A stretch of 64,000 nt of DNA from positions 1 to 64,000 of the forward strand of contig CDRNVI010000038.1 in the NCBI GenBank assembly GCA_977017575.1, given 5' to 3'. The position numbers were made by a program, and so were the translations under genes. This stretch comes from Paramoeba atlantica. Lineage: Eukaryota > Protista > Discosea. The notes below the pieces were generated by a model that saw only the letters and a list, made by a program, of their open reading frames with translations, did no database searches and was not told the DNA's origin. Below, piece by piece: positions 45,481 to 58,045 of the stretch (positions are counted from its first letter, which is position 1; every line of letters starts with the position of its first letter).

Positions 45481-48400
45481 GAGAAGCAGAAAGGCCGACG
45501 ACGGGAGGATCGAACTTGGGGACGACCTCGGAGTCGTTCGTCGAGAACGAGTTGCCCATAACGATCCTTCGGATCATCATCACGATGCAGTCGCTGTTGC
45601 ACGCGTTCGACAGCAACACCCGCAGCGGCCCAGTAGAGATTGCGGAGTTCCTCGATTATGAGTTCTGCCACAGCAAGGTTATGTTTCTCCATCCAACCCT
45701 CCGTCAGGCGAGCAGCGTAGATCCATTCGATAAGGATGTTGAATAAACGGTCCCGCTGCGGTGGCGGGTTGAATCGAACCCCTAGCTGCGGCGCCTCCCG
45801 CAGCTCACGGATGAGGTCTCGGGGCTTGAACAAATCCTCCGTGTCGATCCACGGTTGCCACGTAACCGGGTCGTAGGGGGAGAAGCTTTTGGGGTCTGTA
45901 ATACGTACTCGTTCAAAGGACGGGATTAAAGATTCCACCGGCTGCCCTCCAGGCATCTTTGCCCGAACACGGACGACCGTCAAATCGTGATACGTAATGT
46001 CGGGATGGGGAAAGCGGTATGCCGTATTGACATCACCATCCCACTCAGCGACCAATTCTAAGGACACTGGGTCATTTTGGTGCTTCATGTAAACGTCGCC
46101 TATGACTGTCTGTCGAATGTCATCACCTGGTCGAGACCACACTGCCTCGACAGTGACCTGGTATTCTTTGCGAAGAAGATTAATTATCTTGGTTACAAAT
46201 TCTTCCTTAGCAGTCTGAGTCAATATTCCACGCGCATTTTGGTTGGATCGAATAGCACGGTCTACATGGTCGAGATTAAGGTCTTCATAACGCTGAGGGG
46301 AGCGGGAAGGCTCAACTTGGTCAGGGTTGAGCGTGCTCTGCCGCCGTGGGGGAACATCTCCCGAGTTCTGGGGGGCCGTTAGGGGGTCAGGGTAAGGGCT
46401 GGGGTAAGGAGAAGGGTGTACTGTGCGTCGGTTTCGGCCAGAATAGCGCAGCGAAGGAACCGCGAAAGAGTCTACTGGCGAAGCTGGATCAGGACGAGGT
46501 GGTCGCCCAGCTGGACAAGACAAGGAACGGCGTTTGTCGGGGTCCAAAGGGGAGAGAGGACGTGTTCGCTTAGGGCTGCGGTCTCGCTCATGTCCTGGGT
46601 TCGCCGGCACGCGAAGTCGCTGGGAACGCATAAACAAAGCTGCTGAACAAATGTTCAGCAAAGTCTTACAACCTGGACATAGGATCGTTGCTGGGATTCT
46701 TGGGTGAGGAATTCCAAGTCGTACCATAACTGGTATTTCAAAGGCATGTGAGGGAACGAAGCGGACCTCCGATTTAAGCCAATCATAATTCCCCTTTCGG
46801 GTTGTTACCCTTAAAATATTAGAATACTCCGGATCTTGTTTTAACCTCGCAACCACTTTTTCGTGAAGTACCGCTGCCGTCGTAACTTCATCCATAGGTG
46901 GCAAAGCTGAATTCTCTTCTTCTCCAGTGTAAGGGACGTTTTGGTTTGGCAACCGAGCCCGAGCAGTAGAAGAGTTTATTCGCTCAAGAGCTTGGTAGCG
47001 TGATGCTAAATATGCCGCTTCACGAACCTTTGAACAAGACGTCACACCTAGACCTCCTTTTTTCAGGGGCAGCCGGGCCATCTCCACCTGCTTTTCCGTC
47101 AGTGGACCGAGCCACTTCTTCAATACGCTCTCGACATTGTCATTGAATTTGGTGGAGGCCTCCTTTGTCACAGATGGCGGATGGACGCGCATGGCGTATT
47201 GTTGCTTAACATTGATACACTGCGAAAGAAGTATCAATGCAACATTGCTTAATCCCATTGCTTTTAATCTCTGGAAGCTTGTATCTTGTTTATCCACTGC
47301 TTCCATTAATCTTTTCTTGATCTGATTCTCTTTGCCGATGTGTGCCCCCAATACTTTGACCGCTTCTTCCTCATTGCGCACACCCTGTACCTTCAGGCTT
47401 GGTGGGATTGGCTGAGCCGACCCCTCCCCAAACCATATACACTTCTTTGTTGCTAGCGTGAGCGAGTATTGAACCATCAACTCTTGGAGTCTCTGAAACG
47501 CTTTTTCGATTTGAGCACTTTTTAGGGAGGACATGGTAACGTCATCGATGAAAGCGTGAAACTCCACTTCGGGAAATTCCATCGACAGTGTTTCCAGCAT
47601 GGGTTGAAAAAAGGCGCAATAATACATGGAAGCCAATGGTGAACCCTGCCGCAGACCTGATGTGCTTAGGACTGTTCCGACCAATTTTCCTTCTGAACCA
47701 TAATACAGCAATTCAGAGGCCCCCGAGTATTCGACCTCGAAGAATCGCTGGAAAGGGCGGAGTGCTCTGAAGGCTAAAACGTGCTTTGCTATATCCATTC
47801 TGCTCGGCGAGTTAAAGGCATTTTTAACGTCTACGGATAGAATGGAATATCCATTGCTGTGGCGATTCCGAAGTTGGTGCACTATTTTCTCACATCCCGC
47901 TTTTGAGAAAACGCCCTGTTGCATGGGTGCAAATAACGGAGCCAGCGTATGCTCATACCTTTGCATTAGGACTATGCCGGCCAATTTATTGAGCACCTCA
48001 CCCATTGCGACTGGGCGAACCCCTCCACAACTTTTGGGAATGGCAACCAGCCTAGCGCGGTTGATGCGACGAATCACGTCCTTGCCCAGGAAACCGTTGA
48101 TGAGATCACATGTCATGTGACACAAATTGATGCAGCAAAGTTCATCATCAAGCAGCAGCCGTACAATGCTATCCGTCATCCCTGTTGGACCCGGATTGGC
48201 CCCTTTCGCCAGGCGCTTTCCAGCAGCACGGAGTTCTTCCATTTCAATCCCAGACATTATTGGCGCGTCTGCTGGGATTCTGAAGTCGCATTCTTTTTGA
48301 GGATGCAATTCTGACAACTTGTCCAAGGTTTCCTCATCCGGAAGATTACTTGGCGTGAAGGCTTGATCTAATACTCTGGCTGCTTTTGACGCGCACCCTT

Positions 48401-48992
48401 CAGTAACCAACCGCGTTGCTCTTTTGATAGCTCTCCGGTCATTCAAGGCGGCCTGATCTTCCTTGTCATCGTTATTTTTAGGATATGGTCTTTGTCTCCT
48501 ACTCCTCCCACTGGCGCGGCGTACTCCTGCAAGCGACAGCTTCATCACCGACAGCAGTCGATGCCAAATAATATTCCTCTGCTGGTGATCGGCACTGATG
48601 TAATCCTTTACAATTTCACGAAAAGTTGCGATGACGCATGGAATAAGGTCAGGACTGATATTCCGAACGGTGGGTATTGGTAAGAGATCAACTCCCTCCC
48701 CCTGTACGTTGTCTGGGGTCAGTGTGATCAGATGATTCTCGATAGTACTATCACGTAACACGGTAACATCAATCGGAGGTGGCGCTTGATGCCAGATAAT
48801 GCGGAAGATTCTCACGTTTTCTTGGGGCGGCAGAGATCCTGTGTATTCCTGTTCTTCTTTGTACCCTGAGATCCCCGTGTATTGCATTGAGAGTTTCCCC
48901 ATCCCTCCACGCTTGTTATGCGTTCGCACTACCTTACCGCACGCCATATTGATCTTTTCCTGATTTGCAAAAGCCCACACTATCGAACACAA
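45327..48992 (-). CDS. Chimeric 1221-aa ORF: lineage-B non-LTR RT fused in frame to VIPER Gag
   Basis: RLVAIPK..GVRP, VDVKNAFN, GLRQGSPL, FIDD, LPLKKGGLG up to CPGCKTLLN; then Gag homologous to 22986. Confidence 0.8.
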   Translation of the reverse strand: MCSIVWAFANQEKINMACGKVVRTHNKRGGMGKLSMQYTGISGYKEEQEYTGSLPPQENVRIFRIIWHQAPPPIDVTVLRDSTIENHLITLTPDNVQGEGVDLLPIPTVRNISPDLIPCVIATFREIVKDYISADHQQRNIIWHRLLSVMKLSLAGVRRASGRSRRQRPYPKNNDDKEDQAALNDRRAIKRATRLVTEGCASKAARVLDQAFTPSNLPDEETLDKLSELHPQKECDFRIPADAPIMSGIEMEELRAAGKRLAKGANPGPTGMTDSIVRLLLDDELCCINLCHMTCDLINGFLGKDVIRRINRARLVAIPKSCGGVRPVAMGEVLNKLAGIVLMQRYEHTLAPLFAPMQQGVFSKAGCEKIVHQLRNRHSNGYSILSVDVKNAFNSPSRMDIAKHVLAFRALRPFQRFFEVEYSGASELLYYGSEGKLVGTVLSTSGLRQGSPLASMYYCAFFQPMLETLSMEFPEVEFHAFIDDVTMSSLKSAQIEKAFQRLQELMVQYSLTLATKKCIWFGEGSAQPIPPSLKVQGVRNEEEAVKVLGAHIGKENQIKKRLMEAVDKQDTSFQRLKAMGLSNVALILLSQCINVKQQYAMRVHPPSVTKEASTKFNDNVESVLKKWLGPLTEKQVEMARLPLKKGGLGVTSCSKVREAAYLASRYQALERINSSTARARLPNQNVPYTGEEENSALPPMDEVTTAAVLHEKVVARLKQDPEYSNILRVTTRKGNYDWLKSEVRFVPSHAFEIPVMVRLGIPHPRIPATILCPGCKTLLNICSAALFMRSQRLRVPANPGHERDRSPKRTRPLSPLDPDKRRSLSCPAGRPPRPDPASPVDSFAVPSLRYSGRNRRTVHPSPYPSPYPDPLTAPQNSGDVPPRRQSTLNPDQVEPSRSPQRYEDLNLDHVDRAIRSNQNARGILTQTAKEEFVTKIINLLRKEYQVTVEAVWSRPGDDIRQTVIGDVYMKHQNDPVSLELVAEWDGDVNTAYRFPHPDITYHDLTVVRVRAKMPGGQPVESLIPSFERVRITDPKSFSPYDPVTWQPWIDTEDLFKPRDLIRELREAPQLGVRFNPPPQRDRLFNILIEWIYAARLTEGWMEKHNLAVAELIIEELRNLYWAAAGVAVERVQQRLHRDDDPKDRYGQLVLDERLRGRPQVRSSRRRPFCFSCHQPGQIRADCPQMAQAQHQFRPSHPTNQDFRGGVAGGAVRYAGATRGSH

Positions 48993-50140
48993 AGTTCCTG
49001 CCTTTATTTGCTTGGATTGTCTCCAGATTTCGTCAGGTGGTATGGGGAATTATGTTTTGACGTCAATGTTCTGCATAATCTCAAAGACTTCTGAGCTTCC
49101 GTCCGGGTGTTCGTCTTTAATAAAGCTGATCGGATGGACAGCACCTTCCCGTTGTGGTTTATCTCCCTGAGGCGAGTCGCAATCCTGGAACTCACGCGCT
49201 GAGTGATCCTCCAAACCTTCAGATGCGGCTGCTATTTCCTCGTTCCTGACAGGTGGCTCAAGTGATTGACCGGATTCCTTGCTCGTGTCCGGAGGTTGTG
49301 CGTCACCTGCTGCATTGAAAACTGCATCTGACATGGCGTTTGATGCCGCTTTTAAGGCGCCAGCTGCGACGGCACAAGTTTTTTTAATACGAATGCGCCA
49401 TTTTCCCGTGTCGTTCGGTTCTCCAATCGGGGCCGCGGGAGAACATGACGCCGCTTTAGCTGGAGATGCTAGCAATTCGACTGGATACGACATCCGTAAG
49501 GGGAGTGGCGAGGGAAGCTTCAAGGGTTGAGACGCAATTGGAGGTCGCAATGTTTCAATGTTTGTTCGCTGTGAAGGGAGATGAGATGCTGGAGGCGGAG
49601 TTTTTGTTGATGCCTGCGGTGATGGTTCTGCCTTCCATGTCTCTAAGTTCAAGGCTCTCATGCGTGCTCTTCGTGATGAGGTGTGCATGCTCGGCCTTGA
49701 CAACGGCGGAGGCCCAACGAGCGACACGGAGGGAGGCGGAATCGGCGCGACGGGGGCCGTATCGGAGGTCAGAAGAGGCGGCGCCGCACACATCACGACG
49801 GGCAGCTCGGCAGAGCGCGGAGATGACAGCATATCGGGCGGCGCAGTGGTCACCACAGTGGGCGGAGAAGCGATGGGATGATCGACGATCACCGCGGGAG
49901 CGACAGGCACATCGGGCGGAAGAGGAAACGCAGCAGACGTTGCAGACGACGCGGCGGGAAGAGACGTCGCGGCGGGAGATGGCGGCGCAGCAGACGGCGC
50001 AGGGGAAAGAGATGGCGGCGCAGCAGACAGCGCAGGAGAAAGAGATGGCGGCGCAGCAGACGGCGCAGAGGGAGATGGCGGCGCAGCACACTGCGTATTC
50101 TGAGAATGCTTTTTCCGCCGGGTGGGGGGGAGGGGCAAAA
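46652..50140 (-). mobile_element. Lineage-B RLE non-LTR retrotransposon, 5' part (Pro-rich region, unknown domain, RT)
   Basis: ORFs 49050 and 48992 are in one frame, split by a single TAA where the 50147 paralog has Gln. Confidence 0.8.
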
Positions 50141-50146
50141 TAACCG

Positions 50147-51800
50147 GTGCTACACCAGCCTCTTTCGCTTTGGCGCGCGTGTCAAGGGCCAGTGGAAAAT
50201 TTGGAGTATCCCGATGACCAGCTTCTGACGCCCTTTGCGAATGCCAGTCGTCCGCCGGAACTGCACCACGAATCCAATCAAACGAATCCGAATCCAAGCG
50301 ACCGCGAAGCTCCCGAGACGCCAAGCGTTGAAGTTGTCTTTCATGAATGTGACTCAACTCCGCATGAGAATCGCGACGATCTGTTGCCTCCGAATCCAAT
50401 TGACATCAACCAAGAGCTTTTCGCAGCGAATGAACAGGAGCACCCGTTTTGTTCCATAAACCCCACCGTACAGTTCCCTATGACGCATGAAGACATATCT
50501 GCATGCATCAAACATGCGAAAGCGGGTGACAAGTGTACAGTTGCTTGGACGTTCGATTGCCAAGGAACCATTAACGTCTCGAGAGGAGCAGTCACAACGG
50601 TCAATCGCAGAGGGGGAAAAACGAAAATCTCAGTGGACTACAAGGGGGTTCGGGGCCACCAAGCGAGCCTTGATTTCAAGGGATTTCTTCCCCCTCAATC
50701 GAATGTTCGTTATTTTTTTGAGTGCAACACTCCAGCACTGCCGCATTTGCCAACGCGTGAAGTACGAACCTCGTTTTTTTTTTTGCTCCAATCGTCCAAT
50801 TAAATTGTCATGCAGTTTTTACATGAAAATAAGCATGCAGGTCACTCACCCTAGTTGTTTAGTACCTTGTTATGTTTGGTACCGGGCAGTGCCGTAGTTC
50901 GATCAAAAAATATTTTTTTTTTTTTTTTAATATCCTAAAAGAATATGACATATTTTTTTTTTTGATAACCTAATATATGATCCCATACCCCGCGCAGCAG
51001 GGAGCTGAGCGTCAAAGAAAAAAAAAACCTGTGTGGCAGTCACCCTAGTTGTGTAGTACCTTGTTATATTCGGTACCGGATGGTGCCACAATCAAATCGA
51101 AACCGGACAGCAATAAAAGAATCTACAATGTGAAATGTAGAATAAGAAAACATGAAAATAAGCATGCAGGTCACTCACCCTAGTTGTTTAGTACCTTGTT
51201 ATGTTTGGTACCAGGTGGTGATAGAATCCATTTCATAAGACAGCAGGAAAAAACAGCAGGAAAAACGAACAAGATCTGGCGTGCAATTCAAGGCGTGCAT
51301 AATATCTGGCGTGCAATATCTGGCGTGCAGTATCTGGCGTGCATAATATCAACAACAGAATGTACTATTTTTGAAGCTTTGACTTGAAGCAAAAGCTAAT
51401 CATAGTCGTAGTTGTTCGGGTCTACAGAATAAGATGGGACGCAGAACGTCCACACACTCAACAAAGCCATCCGCAGAATGAAAGCAACATTGCCACAAAA
51501 CATACAGAGGATGATCTTGATCAAATGCCCATGCCAACTCTTCGGACCATAAGCTCTGAATTTGCTCCCTGCGTAGTCGCAGTCTACAGAGACATCATGC
51601 GATCATACGCCGATTGCTCGTGCTCAAAGAGAAATGAAATTTGGAACCAGGTTCTATCCGCAATGAAATTTTCGCTTGCTTCCGTTCGTGCTGCAACAAA
51701 CCGTCGCCGACGCAAACGTCGCCCAATAAGCTACAACCGAGAGGCCGAAACAGAAAATCAGCCTTCTAAGTCGGATTTAGCGGACAAACGGGCTGCTTTT
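50147..51800 (+). pseudogene. Fragments of a diverged lineage-B ORF on the plus strand (50147-50803, ~51440-51800)
   Basis: RRGGKTKISVDYKG..LPPQSNVRY and MPTLRTISSEFAPCV..IWNQVLSAMKFSLASVR match the 48992 ORF N-terminus. Confidence 0.7.
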
Positions 51801-52318
51801 TTTTCATATGAATACGATCTCCATGCGAAGCGATCGAAACATGTTAGAACCCAATAAGTAAAACCTATAAATTTACGATTTTGTATGTTGGAGATAATAC
51901 ATCCTTACACTAAATGGTAAGATTTTCTTGATAAAGAAACTCGCGAAATGCAAAAGTTTTTGTTGAATTTTTTTTTTTTTTTTTTTTTTTAACAATTTTT
52001 TTTTTGGGTATCAACTTAACTTCCAGCCCCCCACAGATAACCAATTCGAACGTCATTTTTTTTTTTTTTTTTTTTTTTTTTATGTATGGAGTCCAACTTT
52101 TCCACAATTTCCACACTTACGGCCCTTCACTTTCCCTTACTCCCCATACTTTCCACACCTACTCCTCTTAGCCCTCTCGTACTTCCCTTCCCCCACTCCC
52201 TACCCCACTCACCGATCCGCATGCACCCAGGCCCGTATGGTCCTGCACCTCCGCTCCCACCCCGTTAGCAGTAATAAATACTTTTGGTTGCCGTACGAGG
52301 GTGGGAGACGTGGAGGCG

Positions 52319-55300
52319 TTTTTTTTTTTTTTTTTTTTTTTTTATGAATTTAAAACAAGCAATCAAATTAGCAATTCTTTTCATTTCCACAGAAGTATAT
52401 TTTCTTTTTCTTTTTTCTCAGCCCAAAACTAGCAATTCAATCTCCCCTAAGTATATACGACAAATAAGACACAGTAAAAATAAAAACAAGCAATCCAGAC
52501 CCAATCCATTCGCGCGTTCCGGACCGGATCTTTCGACCACTCCACGGCCTGACTTGTGAACCCTTCCCTTGCTATACGGGAGGGCGCAGGCGCGGGCCTG
52601 TGTCGACAGCGACACGGTCACGAAACAGGATGCTGGCCGACGGGGAGGAGATTCACTACCCGTGTACTACCTCACTTGGGGTACCTAGCCCTCGCGGGCT
52701 AGGCGTGAGTATAGACTCTGTCGACTCGACCAGCATCCCGACCAGCTCTTCATGGGCGCAAACGTGTTCCCGTGCCAAAAGGGGCGCGGTCGACGCTTAC
52801 GAACGTTTACACCTCCGTAGGAGAGAGCGGATCCTCAGGAAGTAAACGAGTAACCATCATGCGCGCCTGAAGGCGCATGAGGGTGACGTTCAGCTCCGTA
52901 AAGATTCTGCTCGTGGCTTCCCCCTCTGTCAATAACCCACACGAGGCATGTGAGAGACGTTCCCCAACTTTGCGGATCACTGCTGAAGCACTGGGGCTCC
53001 AGGCGCCATAGCTTTCGACCACCATGGCCGTAAAGTCACACCCGGCGTCAACGGCTTCCCGGCGCTGCCTACCCTTCTCCATGGAGGAATAATGCTCGGC
53101 AAACGACCCCGCGGTTACCCAGCTAGCGTTCCGGACTTTGTCCGTATATTTTAGTTGCTGAGCATGGGTGACCGCGAAGTCAAGCACGATGGGATTCCCC
53201 AAGAAAAGACTGCGCAGGTATACGTCGCCAGGTCTGGTGAGGCCCCCCCCTGGGCCTCTGTTGCCAAGACTTTTCTCCCGTTGTGGGGCCAGTTTGGCTC
53301 TGCTGCAAAGGTCCGTGAAGTGATCTGCCACGGCATTGTGCCTCGCGATAATTCCGTTGTCGTGCTTGCAAGACAATGCGTGGTCCCCTTTTGTGTCGAG
53401 TGGAAGAGGGCATTTCGGCATAGGACACTTCCCTTCTTCAGGGTAAACATCGATCCCTAACCACCAACGGGCCAAGGTTCGAAATGCTGTAGGGGTAAAG
53501 GAATACCCCATGTCCTTAGACGGGGTTACAAAAGCCCAGCTGCTTGCCCCTTTACCGCACTGAGATATCCATCGTGCTCGTGTCCGCACATCTGACATTT
53601 CGTATGATTGGGAGAAATCGTGGGCCGCGATCGCGTAGCTGATGTCTCGCTGGCGAGGGATCTTCCCTTTCAACCATTGCGGGGGGGTCGTATCAGCACA
53701 ATCCTCCGAGGCGTACAGCGGTGTAGAAAAGTGTATTTCCTCAGGTGTATGCATGGTGCGGGAAGTTATGCGCAGGGGTAGGCAGATCTCCGAGGGAGGC
53801 TGATCGATGACACCTAGGGGGCGTTTCCTCTTTCTATGGGAGAAAGGGCTGCCAACTGCTTTTTCGCAAGGGGCGTTCGGCGCTGTGAGGATACGGCCTC
53901 GCGAGTCAAGTAAAGATATTCCGGCCTTCTTGTTGATATCCCTGACAGCTTCCGCGAATCCATCTGCGTCAGTGGGGTTCCATGAGTCTCTGGCCGCACA
54001 GAAAGCGACGGAAGATACGTAGGCGGCCGTGGCGTGCAACGCTGCGGACCTTAATCCAAAACCGCCGTGCCGCTTCAAACGCTGTACCTGAGATCGCGCG
54101 TGGCGATCCAGGGGGCAAATTATTGCTTCGGTAGCAGTCATAAGAAAGCCGTCGAGTCGGGTGCATAGATGGGTTATGGCTTGGGGCGGTGTACTTCTCA
54201 GAGCGTACACCATCTTGCAAAACCCAGCACACTGTCTGATAAGGGCAAGTGCGACCTGTGGGTCCCGGATGGTGGCTATCGCGTCAAGCGTGTCCTCCGC
54301 GGGGCCTATGGCATGTGTCTCGAGGTACTCTGAGCAATGTTCTGGCGATCCCACCGGGCTCCCAAGGATGTCGAAATTGCCGTGGACATTGATCTTATTG
54401 GAGGGGATATCTGGAAATTCGGAGGCGTGGTGTGCCGATGCCGGGGGTGTAACGATCTCACATTTAGACATGTTAAGATGTAAACCCCATTGTGGACCTA
54501 CTCGGGCAATCGTGTCGAGGGCGTTCCTAACGTCTTGCGCTTGTCCAATGAGGACGCCGTCATCGAGGTACCATAACTGGGCAAAGAGGTTAGCCTGAAG
54601 AGCAATTGCTTCTGCGAGCGCTAAGGACACTAGCGAGAAGAGTAGCGGTCCTAAAGGGTCGCCCTGTTGCACTCCCTCTTCAGAAGAAAGTGATCGGAGT
54701 CCATAGGTGAGGGAGCTGGGGTTCGAGTAACACCAGCTTATCCATGGGAATAGCTCTGGGAAGTGCTCTTGGACTAGAGGAAGAAAACAAGTCCTGCTCA
54801 CGTTGTTGAAAGCGTTCCGTAGGTCAACTTTGCAGAGTACAAAGTTGGAGCAGTCCATGTTTGATGAGATGGCCAAGCGGCACATGTGGATAATGCGTTC
54901 ATTCCCAGCTGGGGTAGCCACACCAAATTGCCGTCCTGCAAAAAGAGTTCTAGCCTTGGACCTGACTGCGTTGCATGCAGCCTTGCTCACTAACCGTCGC
55001 AAAGTTTCCCCGGCGGCAATTGGGCGAACGTCGTTTTCACCTTTCTCTAGGGCACACAGTCGGGCTCCCGCAAAGTGACTCTGTACTTCCTTTGGTGCTT
55101 TTCCTGCGAGGAGATGATTAGCGAGCTTCGTAAGGGATTCGAGTGGGTCTGTGTTCTTGCCTCCGTGGGTAAGGAGCGCTGCCTGTAAATGCTCGGGGCG
55201 TAATCCCAAGGTACCCGCGGAGGAGCCTCTGTGAAAGCCCTTGATTGCCTTCGCGATTTCAGATTCATCCAACTCCAGGGGCTCTGCTGCGGGGAAAAAG

Positions 55301-55374
55301 TTGGCGGCCCCCGGAACGAGCAAACGGCAGGGGTGCTTTTCTTGTAATTTAGAGAATGTGTCGTCGTCGTCCGT
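52319..55374 (-). mobile_element. 5'-truncated CRE/SLACS-like element (lineage A); ORF 52807-55323
   Basis: RPIAAGE, VDLRNAFN, GVQQGDPLGP, YLDD, CPMPKC..HALSC, RHN, RPGD, LDFAVT; 3' UTR and poly(A). Confidence 0.88.
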
Positions 55375-56268
55375 TTTTTTTTTTTTTTTTTTTTTTTTTA
55401 TAGGGGGGGAAGAGTACGAGTTCTAATTTTATATATGTATGTACGGTATGACTTTCTCACTTACTTTCCTACTTGCTCAACTTCTTTCCCTCACTTACCC
55501 CCATTTTGAAAACCAGCAAAATATATAACTAGCAAATACATGCTTTCCCATCTTACCCACTTCCCCTTACCAATCTTACCAGCTTTCCAGGGAGGGTAAG
55601 GTCTCCCTCGGTTAGGAGGGGCAGACTTTTCCCGAACCATTCGCGCGTTCCGGACCGGGTCTTTCGACCTCTCCCAGCTTACCTTGTTAACCCTTCTCTT
55701 GTTGTACGAGAGGGCGCAAGCAATGGGCCTGTGCCGACAGCGGCACGGTCGCGGAGCATGATGCTGGCCGACGGGGAGGAACAAAGTTCCCTACCCATGT
55801 CCTACCTCACTTGGAGTACCTAGCCCTGGCGGACTAGGCGTGAGCATAGACCCTGCCGGCATCGACCAGCATCCGGACCAGCTGTTCGAGTTCCGGCTGA
55901 GCGGCCCATAAGGGCTGAGCGGCCCATTTTTTTTTTTTTTTTTTTTTTTTTCCGCACACTTTCCCCACTTCACCGTACTTACTCCCCACTTTCCACACTT
56001 TCCCTTAACCCTCTCATCCATCCCCGTCCTTACCCCCTACCCTATACCAACTCGTCCGCGCGGGCGCCCATGTGGTCCAGGACCTCCGCTCCCACCCCGT
56101 TAGCAGTATAAGATACTTTGTGTTGCTGTACGAGGGTGGGAGATATGGAGGTGACCTCCGCTCCCACCCCGTTAGCAGTATCAGATACTTTGTGTTGCTG
56201 TACGAGGGTGGGAGACGTGGAGGTGACGAAGCGCAAAGACGCCGTCGCGCCAAGGGCAAAAAGCGGGA

Positions 56269-56300
<32 letters not shown>

Positions 56301-58045
56301 GCAATTAATAAGGGGGGAGAAGTATGAATCGCGGCATTGCCTCTATATTTTGACCCAGTAGACGAACCAAGTACATAGTAGGTCCATTAGGGGGGTATAT
56401 GAATTTAAAACAAGCAATCAAATTAGCAATTCTTTTCATTTCCACAGAAGTATATTTTCTTTTTCTTTTTTCTCAGCCCAAAACTAGCAATTCAATCTCC
56501 CCTAAGTATATACGACAAATAAGACACAGTAAAAATAAAAACAAGCAATCCAGACCCAATCCATTCGCGCGTTCCGGACCGGGTCTTTCGACCACTCCAC
56601 GGCCTGACTTGTGAACCCTTCCCTTGCTATACGGGAGGGCGCAGGCGCGGGCCTGTGTCGACAGCGACACGGTCACGAAACAGGATGCTGGCCGACGGGG
56701 AGGAGATTCACTACCCGTGTACTACCTCACTTGGGGTACCTAGCCCTCGCGGGCTAGGCGTGAGTATAGACTCTGTCGACTCGACCAGCATCCCGACCAG
56801 CTCTTCATGGGCGCAAACGTAAAATTAGCAATTCTTTTTCTTTCCACAGATGTACCTTTTCTTTTTCTGAGCCCAAAACTAGCAATTTAAGCACCCCTAA
56901 GTATATACTACAAACAAGAAACAGTAAAAATTAAAACAAGCAATCTATGCCCAATCCATTCGCGCGTTCCGGACCGGGTCTTTCGACCTCACCACGGCCT
57001 GACTTGTGAACCCTTCCCTTGTTATATGGGAGGGCGCAGGTGCGGGCCTGTGTCGACAGCGACACGGTCGCGAAACAGGATGCTGGTCGACGGGGAGGAG
57101 ATTCACTACCCGTGTACTACCTCACTTGGGGTACCTAGCCCTCGCGGGCTAGGCGTGAGCATAGACTCTGTCGACCCGACCAGCATCCCGACCAGATGTT
57201 CATGGGCGCAAACGACCAGTTCGGAATGAATCCAGCCGGTCGTCATGTGTGACGAGTTGGCCAGTGGGATCTTCATCCGGGAGACGTCGGACCAACATCC
57301 GTGCCTGTGAACGCATGAGGGCTATGTTCATACCCCTTATGAGTTGTGCTGCTGCCTGTGCATGGCTCAAAGTCCCATTAGAGGTTGAAGCTCGGTGTTT
57401 CCCGACGCTTTTTATGATGGTCAGGGCACTTTTGGACCAGGATCCAAAAGATTCTACAACCATCGCTTCAAAACGGTGACCAGCAGCGACAGCTTCTGCT
57501 CTCTCCGATATTTTATGTTCCGAGGCGTAGCGCTCGGCGAATGACCCCGCCTTTACCCATGTAGCAGTTCGGACTAAGTCCGTATATTTGTTTTGCTGGA
57601 CATGTGTAACTGCGAAGTCAAGGACGAGAGCTGTGCCAAGGTCATAGTTTGGCAAGTAAACGTCACCTGGTCGTGTCAAGCCGCCTCCCGGACCATGATT
57701 TCCTAGCGTCTTTTCCCTCTGAGGAGCCAGCTGTGCCTTACTACACTCTTTTTTTTTTTTTTTACATTTTTTTTTTTTTGCGTACTCCTTGTGTCCCTGT
57801 GGTCTACGGTATCACTTTCTTACTTACTTTCCTGCTTACTTTACTTCGCCCTTATCAACTTCGCCCGCTTCTCTCCCTTATCTCCACCCCTCAAAGAAAC
57901 CATCCGCGACTTTCCGACTTCACCCGCTTCTTTCCCTCACTTCCCCCCCCCCGAGCATCCATCCGCGCCTTCCAAACTTTGCCCTCCTCTTTCCCTCACT
58001 TCCCCCCAGAAATCAATCCGCGCGTGCTCCACCCCTTCTTCCAGC
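55375..58045 (-). repeat. Head-to-tail array of poly(A)-tailed lineage-A 3' UTR and RLE fragments
   Basis: Poly(T) runs near 55375, 55926, 56273, 57749; 56395-56820 duplicates 52343-52770; RLE fragment ORF 57200-57679. Confidence 0.8.

Larger units (their letters stand above)
39697..46651 (-). mobile_element. VIPER-like element, copy 2, with nested LINE fragment and repeat X
   Basis: gag 45327-46631, YR 44202-45323, RT 43117-45480, RNase H 41453-42012; 229-bp direct repeats at 39697-39925 and 40152-40380. Confidence 0.85.

Noticed and set aside
2380-49052. Non-standard genetic code (in-frame TGA/TAA at 2380, 2731, 11208, 14729, 26138, 49050)
   Set aside because: Where the expected residue is known it differs between sites (Trp, Arg, Gln) and each stop is one transition from the sense codon. 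Long intact ORFs (588, 874, 1192 aa) contain no such stops. Ordinary decay explains them.
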